DNA of 64,000 bases from an uncultured Pirellulales bacterium (lineage in GTDB: Bacteria > Planctomycetota > Phycisphaerae > Sedimentisphaerales > SM23-30). The DNA lies in assembly GCA_964537505.1 (NCBI GenBank), contig CAZICK010000008.1:262-64261 (forward strand). The letters run 5' to 3'. Position numbers and translations under genes: made by a program. The notes under the pieces are model-generated. The model saw only the letters and a list, made by a program, of their open reading frames with translations. It did no database searches and was not told the origin of the DNA. Below are positions 18,118-28,666 of this stretch, in pieces (the stretch's first letter is position 1; each line of letters begins with the position of its first letter).

Positions 18118-18321
18118 CTATACCCGACCTCTGAATTTCATCCAATTTTCTTTGCCGGGGCAAACACCTGAAAAAGCCATTCGACGGGTCAGCACGTCAG
18201 GATGTCGTCCGACGGTCGGTGGATCGGCTATACGCGTCACACCGTGCCCGCTGTACCAGCGATAATGATGGGCCGGACTGAAGCCGGTTGGCTTCGTGTG
18301 TCCTTCTATGAAGCAAAGCAT
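18118..18321 (-). CDS. Possible 67-aa basic protein translationally coupled to aor
   Basis: The ATG begins 1 nt after the aor stop codon. I recognise no motif, and it could be a chance ORF. Confidence 0.25.
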   Translation of the reverse strand: MLCFIEGHTKPTGFSPAHHYRWYSGHGVTRIADPPTVGRHPDVLTRRMAFSGVCPGKENWMKFRGRV

Positions 18322-18322
18322 G

Positions 18323-20203
18323 TCAGGCTAAGCCCAGTTCTTTTAGTTTTTGTGGAGTGGGTTCGCCGGTTTGGTTGTCCCATCCTCTTTCCTGGTAGTA
18401 TTCGGCGAGCATGGTGGAGTAGTCTTTTATGCTGCTTTCGGGGATGTCGGCGTATTTGCCGAACTCCGGAACATTGAGCACCCTTTGTGGAAGCTGGTCA
18501 TCTTTGGTGGTAAAGCCCTCTCTGATGTTGAATAGTCTTTGGATGTTCATGGCGCGTTCGCCGATCTTGAGCAATTCTTCCGGTGATATGTCCCATCCGG
18601 TCAGTGCGGAGACCATTTCGGCGAACGGTCTGGGGCCCAGTCCGACGTAGATGTAAAATTTGCAGCAGACGAGGATGTCAGGCAGTATGCCGTTGTCCTG
18701 TAGTTTTTTTGTGATGGCGCCTTTTCCTTTTTCGTCCCATCGATCAACGTCGTTGGGGTCGGGCAGTCCCAGCAGTGAGCCCATTCCGAAATCCTTTTTT
18801 CCACAGTCGAATCCCATGGCTTCGACAGGATGGATGTGGCACATGCCGCGGTTGCCGGTTCCATAGGATACGGCCAGGGCTTTGCCCGATCGTCCGTCGT
18901 GGGCGGGGCCTTCGAGGCCCTTTACGTGTATGGCGAATTGCTCGGCGCCTTTTCCGATCTTCCGGGCGGCATATCTGGTACCGCCGCTGAGGAGTTCTCC
19001 GATTCCCGGTTCTTTCAGTGCGATTTTCTTTACCAGTTCGATGAATACATCTGGATCGCCCCATTTGATTTTCAGGCCGTCGGTATCTTCGGTGGTGATT
19101 AGTCCGTTGTCGAAACAGTCCATGGCAAAGGCGATTATGCCGCCCATACTTATGGTGTCGATGCCGTATTCATTGCACAGATAAGAAGCATGAACGGCGG
19201 CATCGACGTCTTCGTTAAGGATGAAGGCGGTGAAGGCGCAGATGGTTTCGTATTCGCTGCCTTCGTGTTCGGGGGTCTGCCATTCCCCTGATTTGACGTG
19301 AGTTACTCTTCCGCAGGGCATAAGGCAGCCGGTGAAGCAGGCCCGGTTGGTTACCAGGTTATGCTCGGCAAAATGGCGGTACAATTCATCGCCTTTGCCC
19401 CATGAGTTGCTTCGCCAGTTTTTGGTGGGGAAGTCGCCGATTTCGTCACAACTGGGTATGTCGCCGGTGGTGCCGTTTTCCATGAAACCTTTGCTGCCCG
19501 GGTTGTCGCGGACGATTTTTTGGGATTTTTTGACTGCTTCGGCAAACTCCCGCGGTTTGGCGATGGGGATTTCGCCGGTTCCCTTGACGGTGATGGCAAG
19601 AAGGTTTTTAGAACCCATCACGGCACCGGCGCCGACTCTTCCGGCGGCTCGCTGGCCTATGACGACGCCGGCAAAGGGTATCAGTTTTTCTCCGGAAGGA
19701 CCGATCACGGCGATCTGGACTTTTTTGTCGTTGAGCCGGTCGGAGATAAGTTTGATTTTTTCGCTGGTGGTTTTGCCACAAAGGTGTTGGGCGGATTTGA
19801 TTTTTATGTCATCGTCGTTGATTGAGATGGATACTGGTTTGTTTGATTTTCCTTCGATGATAAGGAGGTCGTAGCCGGCTTTTTTGAGCATCGCCGCCAA
19901 GTCTCCGCCGCAGCTCGACTCGCCCCAGCCGCCGGTAAGCGGTGATTTGAAACACAATTCGACGCGACCGGCCCCTGGCGCCCTGGTCGCGTTGAGCGGT
20001 CCGGTGGCGAATATGAGTTTGTTTTCAGGGCCAAGCGGGTCGATGCCTTTTTCCAGCTCCTGATACAGGACTTTGGCAGCGTATCCAACACCGCCGAGCA
20101 TGAGCTTTAAGTCGTCGGGGTTAACCGGTTCGGTGGAAACGCTATTGTCCGTCAGGTTGATTCTCAATATTTTACCTGCATATCCGAATAGTTCTGTACT
20201 CAT
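18323..20203 (-). CDS. aor: Aldehyde:ferredoxin oxidoreductase (tungstopterin AOR family)
   Basis: The N-terminus GYAGKILRINLTD is typical of AOR. The 626-aa length fits, as do Cys-containing cluster contexts (for example CFTGCLMPCGR). Confidence 0.85.
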   Translation of the reverse strand: MSTELFGYAGKILRINLTDNSVSTEPVNPDDLKLMLGGVGYAAKVLYQELEKGIDPLGPENKLIFATGPLNATRAPGAGRVELCFKSPLTGGWGESSCGGDLAAMLKKAGYDLLIIEGKSNKPVSISINDDDIKIKSAQHLCGKTTSEKIKLISDRLNDKKVQIAVIGPSGEKLIPFAGVVIGQRAAGRVGAGAVMGSKNLLAITVKGTGEIPIAKPREFAEAVKKSQKIVRDNPGSKGFMENGTTGDIPSCDEIGDFPTKNWRSNSWGKGDELYRHFAEHNLVTNRACFTGCLMPCGRVTHVKSGEWQTPEHEGSEYETICAFTAFILNEDVDAAVHASYLCNEYGIDTISMGGIIAFAMDCFDNGLITTEDTDGLKIKWGDPDVFIELVKKIALKEPGIGELLSGGTRYAARKIGKGAEQFAIHVKGLEGPAHDGRSGKALAVSYGTGNRGMCHIHPVEAMGFDCGKKDFGMGSLLGLPDPNDVDRWDEKGKGAITKKLQDNGILPDILVCCKFYIYVGLGPRPFAEMVSALTGWDISPEELLKIGERAMNIQRLFNIREGFTTKDDQLPQRVLNVPEFGKYADIPESSIKDYSTMLAEYYQERGWDNQTGEPTPQKLKELGLA

Positions 20204-20440
20204 CTGATAACATCCTTAAAAAAACGGTAAATATTTAGTCATCTGCCCTACAACCGCTACACAGCCCGCCTGAGTGAGTATGCTGATAGCTTCCAGATTA
20301 TTTCCCAGGATGATACATAAATCGAACAGCTAAGTCTAACTGTTTTTCCGCGAATTTATTTGACAAACGCCTCTGCCACAGCTTAAGATGTGTTCGGTTA
20401 GCAGTCAATGTTATTTCCAACTTTTTCGGCAATTTTTTGC

Positions 20441-21220
20441 ATGGCAATAGAGTTGACATTTTTAGGTACGGGTACGAGCCACGGTGTGCCGATTATCGGT
20501 TGTGATTGCGAAGTTTGTCGCAGTACCGATCGACGCGATAAGCGTATGCGGACCAGCGCCGTGGTGAGTCTGGACGGTCATAATGTGCTTATTGACGCTA
20601 CGCCTGAGCTGCGTATGCAGTGTTTACAAAACGATATTCGCAGGATGGAGGCCTGTTTGATTACACATACCCATGCCGATCACATTTTCGGTATGGATGA
20701 TTTGCGCCGATTTAATCAGATTCAGGGCAATTCTATCGATCTGTATGCGTCGGCGGAACATCTGGTAACGTTGAATAAGGTGTTTGGTTACGCCCTGGCC
20801 GAGCGGGCAGGCGATAATCCCGATGTGCCGCATTTGATTTTTAATACGATTGTTCCGGGCGATTCGTTTTCGTTGTTCGGCTATGAAGTAAAACCTCTTC
20901 TCCTGCCACATGGTCATGAGAACGTAACTGGGTATCGTATCGGCCGATTGGCTTATTGTACTGATATAAGTGGTATGCCGGAAGCGGCGGAGGGGGAGTT
21001 AGCCGACTTAAATGTTTTGGTGCTGGGAGCGCTGCGGCCCAAACCGCATCCCAAACACCTGTCAATCGATCAGGCAATCGAGATAGCTGAACGTATCGGA
21101 GCCAAGCGGACTTATTTTGTTCACGTAACCCATCAGGTGAGTCATCGTAAATGGGAGAAGTATCTGCCGAACGATATAGAACTTGCTTACGATACTCTGC
21201 GGATTGTTGTGAGTGAGTGA
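20441..21220 (+). CDS. MBL-fold metallo-hydrolase (PhnP-like)
   Basis: The N-terminus LTFLGTGTSHGVP and the motif HTHADH are present. I trimmed the start to 20441. Confidence 0.75.
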   Translation: MAIELTFLGTGTSHGVPIIGCDCEVCRSTDRRDKRMRTSAVVSLDGHNVLIDATPELRMQCLQNDIRRMEACLITHTHADHIFGMDDLRRFNQIQGNSIDLYASAEHLVTLNKVFGYALAERAGDNPDVPHLIFNTIVPGDSFSLFGYEVKPLLLPHGHENVTGYRIGRLAYCTDISGMPEAAEGELADLNVLVLGALRPKPHPKHLSIDQAIEIAERIGAKRTYFVHVTHQVSHRKWEKYLPNDIELAYDTLRIVVSE

Positions 21221-21264
21221 ATGAGTAAATGGGCAGATGAGTAGATTGTGATGGTTTTTGCATT

Positions 21265-22359
21265 GTGAAGATACGAGTTTTGATGTTGATTACGGATCTT
21301 GAGGTGGGCGGCGCTCCGCTGTTTGTCAGGGATTTGGCTTGCGGGCTTGACGCATCGCGTTTTGAAGTGCGAGTCGCGTGTCTGGCAGGCGTTGGGCCGG
21401 TAGCCCAAGAGTTGCGTGCCAGGTCGATTCGTACGTATTGCCTGGGGGCTGAAGGCTGGTGGGATGTTCGCGTTTTTTGTCGGTTGGCCAGGCTGATCGG
21501 TTCTTATCGTCCGCATATTGTGCACTGCTCATTGGTGCACGCCAATGTGGTCGGCCGGGTTGTCGCTCTGGCGGGTAATGCCGGTCATGTCATTGCCACC
21601 GTTCATACGGCCGGGCAGGCGAAAAGCTGGCACGTGATCGCTGAGAACCTTACGTGCCGTTTGAGTGAGACTACCGTGTGTGTTTCTCAGTCGGTTTGTC
21701 GGCATGTGCACAGGTTCAGCCGGGTTCCCAATCAGCGGCTTCGCGTGATCGTAAACGGTATCGATTGCGAGCGGTTTAGCGGGGTGCAAGGTTTTTCCAC
21801 AGACGAAGCCGGTATCGGGTCCGGCAAGGTCACACTTGTTTTTGTCGGCAGACTGGACCCGGTAAAAAATATCGACATCCTTCTGCATGCTGTGGCAAAG
21901 CTTCGCGGCAAAGACGATCCGCAGCTAGTGATTATCGGCGATGGGCCGTTACGAGCGAGTCTCGAACAGCAAACGGCTCAGTTGGGGCTGACAGATCGTG
22001 TTTGGTTTATGGGCTGCAGACGCGATGTGGAGCGGTGGCTGAAGACGGCTGATATATTTGTTCAGCCGAGCCGATGGGAAGGTATGAGTCTGTCTGTTCT
22101 GGAGGCGATGGCCGGCGGGATTCCGATAGTTGCCGGGAGGTGTCCCGGTCTGATCGATATGATCGAAGATGGGCGAACCGGGCTGCTGGTGGCGCCCGGT
22201 GATATACAGGCGTTGTCCGTCGCTATTGACAGGCTGATTAGTGATCCTGAGTATGCCGACGGTCTTGCCCGTGCGGCCGAAGGGCATGTCCGGCGTCATT
22301 TTTCACTGTCGGCCATGATCGATGCCTATACCCGTTTGTACGAGGATGTTGTGCGTTAA
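21265..22359 (+). CDS. Glycosyltransferase, GT4-like (GT-B fold)
   Basis: The N-terminus contains GGAPLFVRDLA. The C-terminal EX7E-type region reads PSRWEGMSLSVLEAMAGGIPIV. It has a GTG start. Confidence 0.8.
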   Translation: MKIRVLMLITDLEVGGAPLFVRDLACGLDASRFEVRVACLAGVGPVAQELRARSIRTYCLGAEGWWDVRVFCRLARLIGSYRPHIVHCSLVHANVVGRVVALAGNAGHVIATVHTAGQAKSWHVIAENLTCRLSETTVCVSQSVCRHVHRFSRVPNQRLRVIVNGIDCERFSGVQGFSTDEAGIGSGKVTLVFVGRLDPVKNIDILLHAVAKLRGKDDPQLVIIGDGPLRASLEQQTAQLGLTDRVWFMGCRRDVERWLKTADIFVQPSRWEGMSLSVLEAMAGGIPIVAGRCPGLIDMIEDGRTGLLVAPGDIQALSVAIDRLISDPEYADGLARAAEGHVRRHFSLSAMIDAYTRLYEDVVR

Positions 22360-22445
22360 GCAACACCATAGCCGGCAAGTTACCAGCTTCCGCTGGACCG
22401 GATCGACGGGAAAGTTTTTTTTGGTCGGGTGACATGCTACTTCTC

Positions 22446-24035
22446 CTATTTGTTACGGATGGCGCCAATATCACGGATAGTAATCGGAATTTGGGGTTCC
22501 AGGTAAAGACCAAATTCGCTCAACGTCGGACAAAGGCGGGATTGCAAAATTCTTATACGAACCTTTTGCGTAGTCACCTCTGAAAAACGTAAAAGCCTTT
22601 TGTATCCAATCACCGTGGATTGAGCGATTTCCTGCCATTGTTGTCCGTTCCAGATTTCGAGTGTAAATTGTTCGACCCGCTGGCCAACCTTGATATTTTC
22701 CATCAGCATCGCCCGATTGAATGTTTTGGCCGAGGGCAGGTCAAACTCGATGGTGGCGGCCTCGGTTGCCACCTCCGCAAGCCAATACGTATCAGTTTTT
22801 CCATCAACAATGTTTTGCGGGGCATATTGAGGATCATTGCCGCGGACCTGCGAGGCTGTAACTCTGGCGTCCTTGACTAAATTTCTCCTGAATGTTTCCC
22901 GCAGGATATCACCCAGCTCTTTCAAACGGGCCACATCATTTTCATGGATCAAACCCCGGGCATCGGGCGGTATATTCAGAAGGAACTGCCCATTACCACC
23001 GAGGCTGGTGTAATAAATATCTAGGAGATGTTTCAATGACTTAACTTGATTATCCTGATTGGCATGGTAAAACCAGCCCGGTCGAATAGATGTATTTACC
23101 TGGGCTGGAAACCAGATTAGTTCCTGGGCATTTCTAAGTTTTTCTCTACTGCCCAGATCTTTCTTATGTCCATCTACCAGAAGCCGACCAAAAGCCGGAT
23201 CGCCTTTGAAATTTTCCGGAATTTTTCGCGCCGGCAGAACGCTCCATTCACTTTTACGGGTATTGCCGGCTTCGTTTCCGCACCATCGCACATCGGGACC
23301 TACGATAGAAATAACCGCTCCGGGTTGCAAATGCCGAATCAATTTATAATAACTGCCCCAATCATATATCTGCCGCTTTCCATTGGGCCCTTCTCCGCAG
23401 GCTCCGTCAAACCACACCTCCGATATTTCACCGTAATTGGTCAAAAGCTCCGTCAATTGGTTTCGGAAATATTCGTTATAGCGTGGCGAATCGCCGTAAA
23501 TGGGTTCATGCCTGTCCCACGGAGAAAGGTACACGCCGAAACTCAGACCACCACGCCGACAGGCTTCGGACAATTCTCGCATCACATCTCCCCTGCCGTT
23601 TTTCCAGGGACTGTTTTTAACGGAATGTTCTGTGTATTTACTGGGCCACAGGCAAAAACCGTCATGATGTTTGGCCGTCAGGATCACCCCTTTCATGCTC
23701 GCGGCCTTGAAGGCCGACACCCACTGGTCGGCGTTGAACTCGACGGGGTTAAACAGTTTCGGATCTTCTTTGCCGCTGCCCCATTCCTGATCGGTGAAAG
23801 TGTTCATTCCAAAATGAATAAAGGCCTGAAATTCCAACTTTTGCCAGGCCAATTGTCTGGCTGATGGAACCACATGAGCCGCTTTGGAAATTATATCCTG
23901 GAATGTATCGTCAGCAGATACAGATATGGTGTTGCCCGGTTGGTAATCTGCCGGAGATGAACCGGCTTTTGCTGTTAGAAGGCATCCCGCGATCAATATC
24001 ACCAAGATGTTGCATTTGACATTGCACTTTTTCAT
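22446..24035 (-). CDS. Alpha-L-fucosidase (GH29) with a C-terminal F5/8 type C domain
   Basis: The product has a signal peptide, then FIHFGMNTFTDQEWG, TAKHHDGFCLWPS and SPWDR. The C-terminal discoidin-like region contains NIVDGKTDTYW. Confidence 0.8.
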   Translation of the reverse strand: MKKCNVKCNILVILIAGCLLTAKAGSSPADYQPGNTISVSADDTFQDIISKAAHVVPSARQLAWQKLEFQAFIHFGMNTFTDQEWGSGKEDPKLFNPVEFNADQWVSAFKAASMKGVILTAKHHDGFCLWPSKYTEHSVKNSPWKNGRGDVMRELSEACRRGGLSFGVYLSPWDRHEPIYGDSPRYNEYFRNQLTELLTNYGEISEVWFDGACGEGPNGKRQIYDWGSYYKLIRHLQPGAVISIVGPDVRWCGNEAGNTRKSEWSVLPARKIPENFKGDPAFGRLLVDGHKKDLGSREKLRNAQELIWFPAQVNTSIRPGWFYHANQDNQVKSLKHLLDIYYTSLGGNGQFLLNIPPDARGLIHENDVARLKELGDILRETFRRNLVKDARVTASQVRGNDPQYAPQNIVDGKTDTYWLAEVATEAATIEFDLPSAKTFNRAMLMENIKVGQRVEQFTLEIWNGQQWQEIAQSTVIGYKRLLRFSEVTTQKVRIRILQSRLCPTLSEFGLYLEPQIPITIRDIGAIRNK

Positions 24036-24412
24036 ATTTTCTCCTTGTCCGGTCGGTTACTGATATATTCCTATGCTCCAGACCGACAGAGGCCGAAACC
24101 AAACAGTGGAGCCCGGGGTTTTTCATAAATCTATCTGTTTCCACAGGTCGGCAGGTTATTTTATCTGTTTTAGGTAGAATTTGAAAGAGATTTTTCGGCA
24201 ACATGTATGAAGACTTTATATGCATAACTGTTCGAGTTTGTATTGAATTTCGTGATTCGAAAGCATCTTAACTATCTGTCCGGTAAGGTGGTATGTGTGG
24301 AGCCGGCAGTGGCAAAGTGGGGTGCCCAAAAAAGTACGACCGGCATAATCGGCAAAATCGTATTATTTTGAAGCTGACAGAGTTAATATCAACGCAATTC
24401 CCGACAAATCGC

Positions 24413-24441
24413 TTGCTAATTACGGTCTAAGATGTTAGAAT
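24413..24441 (+). promoter_or_regulatory. Sigma70-type promoter for the small ORF at 24487
   Basis: The sequence reads TTGCTA-N17-TAGAAT. Confidence 0.45.
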
Positions 24442-24486
24442 ATTGATGAGGGCCTTTGCCAGGGAGGGCCCGAAACTAAGGTAGCT

Positions 24487-24729
24487 ATGAGAAGAGGAAT
24501 ACAGGGAACAATTTTACGAATGTTGCTGGCGTTTTTCGCCGGGGCGATAGCCATGCTGTTTTTGCTGGTTCCAGGCAAGGTTCGTCTGGAAGATATGCTC
24601 GACAGCAAGAAACGCTGTGAGATGGCTGATTTTGACTATGCGGCCGGCAGGGTCGAAAAAGCCAACGAGTTGGCCATTTTCTATGCTTCTAAAGCCAAGC
24701 GCTACGTGGAAGACAAGATTGCAAGATAG
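24487..24729 (+). CDS. Small membrane-anchored protein, unknown function
   Basis: The 80-aa product has an N-terminal TM span (LLAFFAGAIAMLFLLV) and a helical tail. It has its own promoter. Confidence 0.4.
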   Translation: MRRGIQGTILRMLLAFFAGAIAMLFLLVPGKVRLEDMLDSKKRCEMADFDYAAGRVEKANELAIFYASKAKRYVEDKIAR

Positions 24730-24853
24730 CAGCAGCGCAATAATCCACAATCCACGTTGACTGAAGGGGGATAAAATCACGTCCGACGATCGTTAGATTC
24801 AGCGTCCAGGTATTATTTTGTGTTGAGTTGGTTGGGTCGAGTTTTTCACGGTC

Positions 24854-24882
24854 TTGACAAATTCCATTTAGCGTATTAGACT
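24854..24882 (+). promoter_or_regulatory. Sigma70-type promoter for the TetR gene
   Basis: The sequence reads TTGACA-N17-TAGACT. Confidence 0.45.
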
Positions 24883-24916
24883 GGCGGGCTGACTGTTTAA
24901 TTGGGAGGTCAAAGTC

Positions 24917-25504
24917 ATGGCCCAAGATGCCAGAGGCAAACAGACACGCGGCGATATTTTGCAGACGGCGGCTCGGCTGTTTTCCATTCATGGTTATTTT
25001 CACACCAGTACCAGCGATATTATCGGGGCGGTCTCGGTCAGTAAGGGTGCTTTTTATCATCACTTCAAGAGTAAGGAAGATTTGGCTCTGGCGATTATAG
25101 AGCAGTTGCGCAGCGATTATCAGCAGTTGGTAATCGAGCCGGTAAGTAGTGCCGGGCCGGGTGAGCGTCCGAAGGAGATGCTCAGGCGAATTGTCGCGTT
25201 GAACGAATCGGGTCAATGGTGTAACTGTCTGCTGCTGGTGCGTTTGGCGGGAGAGGTGGCCCAGCAGGAAGGCGATCTGTCGGAGCGTATCAGGGAGATC
25301 GTTAATTGGCTGCTCGAGTTCTGGGAGGAGATCATCAGCGATGCCCAAAAGGCCGGCGCCGTAAGTGAAAGATTTGACGCCCGGAGATTAGCGGAACTGA
25401 TCTTTTCTACTCTGGCCGGCGCTATATCCTACCGTGAACTGGATGAGGAGGTTGGCAAGCTTTCGGAAATTGCTGAATATCTGCAGGCCATGATAACAGA
25501 ATAG
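24917..25504 (+). CDS. TetR/AcrR-family transcriptional regulator
   Basis: The helix-turn-helix reads ILQTAARLFSIHGYFHTSTSDIIGAVSVSKGAFYHHFKSKEDL. Confidence 0.85.
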   Translation: MAQDARGKQTRGDILQTAARLFSIHGYFHTSTSDIIGAVSVSKGAFYHHFKSKEDLALAIIEQLRSDYQQLVIEPVSSAGPGERPKEMLRRIVALNESGQWCNCLLLVRLAGEVAQQEGDLSERIREIVNWLLEFWEEIISDAQKAGAVSERFDARRLAELIFSTLAGAISYRELDEEVGKLSEIAEYLQAMITE

Positions 25505-25661
25505 CTCACAACTGGGTATAATTGGTGTTGTTTGTCGCGGTGTCGATAAAAAGGAAGGCAGGGGCAAATAAAGGAATAATGCCCCTGCCAAGATGTTTTC
25601 TCCCTTCCGGGCCACGCACCGCCACGACAGATAATAAACAGTCGGTTGTTATCGTTTTATT

Positions 25662-26582
25662 TTATTGTTCCAGCGACAGCAGGATTTCGGAGTTTGTGGC
25701 CTCGATCTCAACGATGCCCATAATTTCACCGATTTTGTCGGGAGTGAGGTTGAGTTCTTCCCGGACGTGCTGGTCGTAGGTTGGGTTGGGATTGCCGCTG
25801 TCACCGAGGTTCTGGCTGTGGCAGATGTAATCGGCCATGTGGACCAGTTTGACCAGGGGCTGGATATTTTCGTCAGGGCACAATAGAGGCTCATGGTGCC
25901 AACGGACGACGGCCTGGATTTCCGCGCCGAGTTTCCATTTGTCTGCCAGCCAGGCGCCGGCTTCGTCGTGTCCCATGCCGATGATACGAGCTTCCTCTTT
26001 GATAATGGGGATATCCTCGGTTTGGGCACTTTTGATGGCGTGGTGGAATTCGGGGTTGGCGTAACGTTCGAAGAGGATTTTACCAATGTCGTGCACAATG
26101 CCGGCAAGATGGGCAACATCGCGGGTAATGTGCTGACTGATATTGTTGATGCGGTAGTCGCGCAGTACTGTGGTGACGATACCAACACAGACGCTGTGTC
26201 GCCAGAAATCGTGCCGGTCGAATACGGGTTTCCGCACGCGTGAAAAGGCTTTGAATACACTGGTGCTCAGTGCGATATTGGTTACGGTGACGAATCCCAA
26301 TCGAGCGATGGCGGACTGAAGTTCGGTGATTTCCTCACCCCTGGCAGGTGCGTAAAAGACCGAATTGACCATTCTGAGGACCTTCGAAGCGATGGCCGGG
26401 TCGTCCTCAATAAGGCGAGCGACGTCCGCGGCACTACTGTCCGGGTCGTTGACCACTTCCTGAAGTCGCACGGCAATCTCCGGCAAAGTTGGCAGATCCT
26501 CAGCCGATTCGAAAATCTGTAGCAGTTCGTGAGTATTTCGTTGAACGATGGTTTCCATATTGTCAGATGATATTTGCGTCAT
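25662..26582 (-). CDS. HDOD-domain signalling protein
   Basis: The N-terminus contains LPTLPEIAVRLQEVVNDPDSSAADVARLIEDDPAIASKVL. HD-like residues are present (IVHDIGK). Confidence 0.8.
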   Translation of the reverse strand: MTQISSDNMETIVQRNTHELLQIFESAEDLPTLPEIAVRLQEVVNDPDSSAADVARLIEDDPAIASKVLRMVNSVFYAPARGEEITELQSAIARLGFVTVTNIALSTSVFKAFSRVRKPVFDRHDFWRHSVCVGIVTTVLRDYRINNISQHITRDVAHLAGIVHDIGKILFERYANPEFHHAIKSAQTEDIPIIKEEARIIGMGHDEAGAWLADKWKLGAEIQAVVRWHHEPLLCPDENIQPLVKLVHMADYICHSQNLGDSGNPNPTYDQHVREELNLTPDKIGEIMGIVEIEATNSEILLSLEQ

Positions 26583-26889
26583 GGTTCAATCCTTTCCGCA
26601 TTTTTGAATATTCGCCAAATATCGAGGTCTTGGCAAAGCGAGTTTGTATGTAAAGCAATGCCGTTTTTTGTATCGGCTTGTAAATGGTATTTGTCAAGCG
26701 GTAATGGCGTGAAATATTTGGTTAATGGCCGGGAATCGGCTTCGCAGGGTTGTCAGGGGCGATAAGCGGGTTTGTTGTTGATTTGGTTTATTATTTTGGC
26801 GGTTTGTGGAGATTATTATTGGACTGGGCTGTTTTGCCGTCAATGGGTATGGTATCCCAGTGGTGATCAAAATTATTGTTTTATGAGCT

Positions 26890-26917
26890 TTGAAACCCGG
26901 TGTGTTCGTGATATAGT
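26890..26917 (+). promoter_or_regulatory. Sigma70-type promoter giving a ~205-nt pepA leader
   Basis: The sequence reads TTGAAA-N16-TATAGT. Confidence 0.45.
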
Positions 26918-27130
26918 ATGCAGGAAGGAAAGACGAGGATCGACCGTGAGGCCGTAATGGGCCGGGGTCGTAAGGATAGAAAAAGGATTTTTCCGGGTCA
27001 AGTTTTAACACAGGAGGTGGCATGGCCACTTTTTATGTTCCAGATGAGTAGCAAAGAGCCGCTCCCGTTGGTCGCTCGCTGAAATGGTAAAATTACGAAA
27101 TTAGAAGAGTTTTCATAGGAGTATCGCAAG

Positions 27131-28666
27131 ATGGCAAAAAAGGCAAAACGAACGATAGTTACAGTCTCTCAGGTTCGGCTGGATAAATATAAGGGCGATA
27201 TGCTGGCGGTGGGGTTGTTTGAGGGTGCCAAGCGTCTGCCCGCGGAGTTGGTACAGTTGGACAAGACGGCTGATGGGGCACTGAAAAATGTGCTGAAACT
27301 GGGTGATTTTACCGGTAAAGCTAATGAGACAGCGGTGTTATATACGTCAGGCAAGGTCGGCTGCAAACGAATTATGCTGGTGGGATTGGGTCAGAAGGAC
27401 AAATTCAAGCTGGATGGATTGCGTCAGTCGGCCGGTACCGCAGCCAGGACGGCCGAGAAACTGGCCGTGGCGCGGCTGGGTTTGGCAGTGCATGGGACGG
27501 GGGGGGTGAAGTTGTCCGCTGAGCAGGCGGGTCAGGCGGTCACCGAAGGTGCGATTGTTGGCAGATACGATTATCAGGAATATCTTTCAGAGGCGAAAGA
27601 TAACAGTCAAAAGGATACCACAATGCGGGTGACGATTGTGGAGCCGAAAGCGTCCGCAGTGACAGGACTCAATCGGGGGCGTAGAGTTGGGGTGGTTCTT
27701 GGTGAGGGGCAAAACTACGCTCGAACAATAGCCAATAAGCCGGGAAATGAGATTAATCCGCCAAGTCTGGCGCGGGAGGCGCAGAAACTGGCGAGGGAGG
27801 TTGGTTTGAAATGTAAGATATTTGATGAACGGAAGTTATCTGATATGGGGATGAATGGTATTTTGGCGGTGGGTAGCGGTTCGGCGAGCAAGCCGAGATT
27901 GATTATGCTGGAACATAAAGGCCGACGAACCGGCAATCAGAAGACAGGGCCTGATGTGGTGGTAGTCGGCAAGGCGATGACGTTTGACAGCGGAGGGATC
28001 AGTATCAAACCGTCGGCGAACATGGAAGAGATGAAGTTTGATAAGACCGGAGGATGTGCGGTGCTGGGGATTATGAAAGCGGTGGCCGCGATGAAACTGC
28101 CGTTACATGTCGTGGGACTGATACCTTCGGCAGAGAATCTTCCCAGCCATACCAGCTATCGGCCGGGCGATATAGTGCGAACCTACAGCGGCAAGACGGT
28201 AGAAGTGCAAAATACCGATGCGGAAGGACGGATGATTCTGTGCGATGCGCTGGCGTACGCAGCAAAAATGAAACCAAAAGCAATTGTAGATATGGCGACG
28301 CTGACGGGAGCATGTGTGGTGGCGCTTGGGGTTCATTATGCGGGGCTGTTCGGCAATAATGCGGCCCTGAAGAGTAAGCTGGAGAATGCGGCTCAGGTCA
28401 GCGGCGATTTGGTGTGGGCTATGCCCTCGGATGAGGGGTATTTCGCGGAAATGAAGAGCAAGATAGCGGATCTGAAGAACATAAGTAATCGTAAAGGAGG
28501 CGCCTGTACCGCAGCGGCGTTTTTGGGTGATTTCGTGGGAGATGTGCCGTGGGCGCATATCGACATCGCGGCTGTGGCTGATACCGATGCGGAAAAACCG
28601 TATCGCGGCGTGGGTGCTACGGGTTTTGCAGTGCGTTTGGTGATGGAATATTTGAGAAGTAAATGA
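27131..28666 (+). CDS. pepA: Leucyl aminopeptidase (M17)
   Basis: The M17 signature NTDAEGRM is present. The metal-ligand contexts [11 protein letters not shown] and LTGA are also present. Confidence 0.9.
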   Translation: MAKKAKRTIVTVSQVRLDKYKGDMLAVGLFEGAKRLPAELVQLDKTADGALKNVLKLGDFTGKANETAVLYTSGKVGCKRIMLVGLGQKDKFKLDGLRQSAGTAARTAEKLAVARLGLAVHGTGGVKLSAEQAGQAVTEGAIVGRYDYQEYLSEAKDNSQKDTTMRVTIVEPKASAVTGLNRGRRVGVVLGEGQNYARTIANKPGNEINPPSLAREAQKLAREVGLKCKIFDERKLSDMGMNGILAVGSGSASKPRLIMLEHKGRRTGNQKTGPDVVVVGKAMTFDSGGISIKPSANMEEMKFDKTGGCAVLGIMKAVAAMKLPLHVVGLIPSAENLPSHTSYRPGDIVRTYSGKTVEVQNTDAEGRMILCDALAYAAKMKPKAIVDMATLTGACVVALGVHYAGLFGNNAALKSKLENAAQVSGDLVWAMPSDEGYFAEMKSKIADLKNISNRKGGACTAAAFLGDFVGDVPWAHIDIAAVADTDAEKPYRGVGATGFAVRLVMEYLRSK

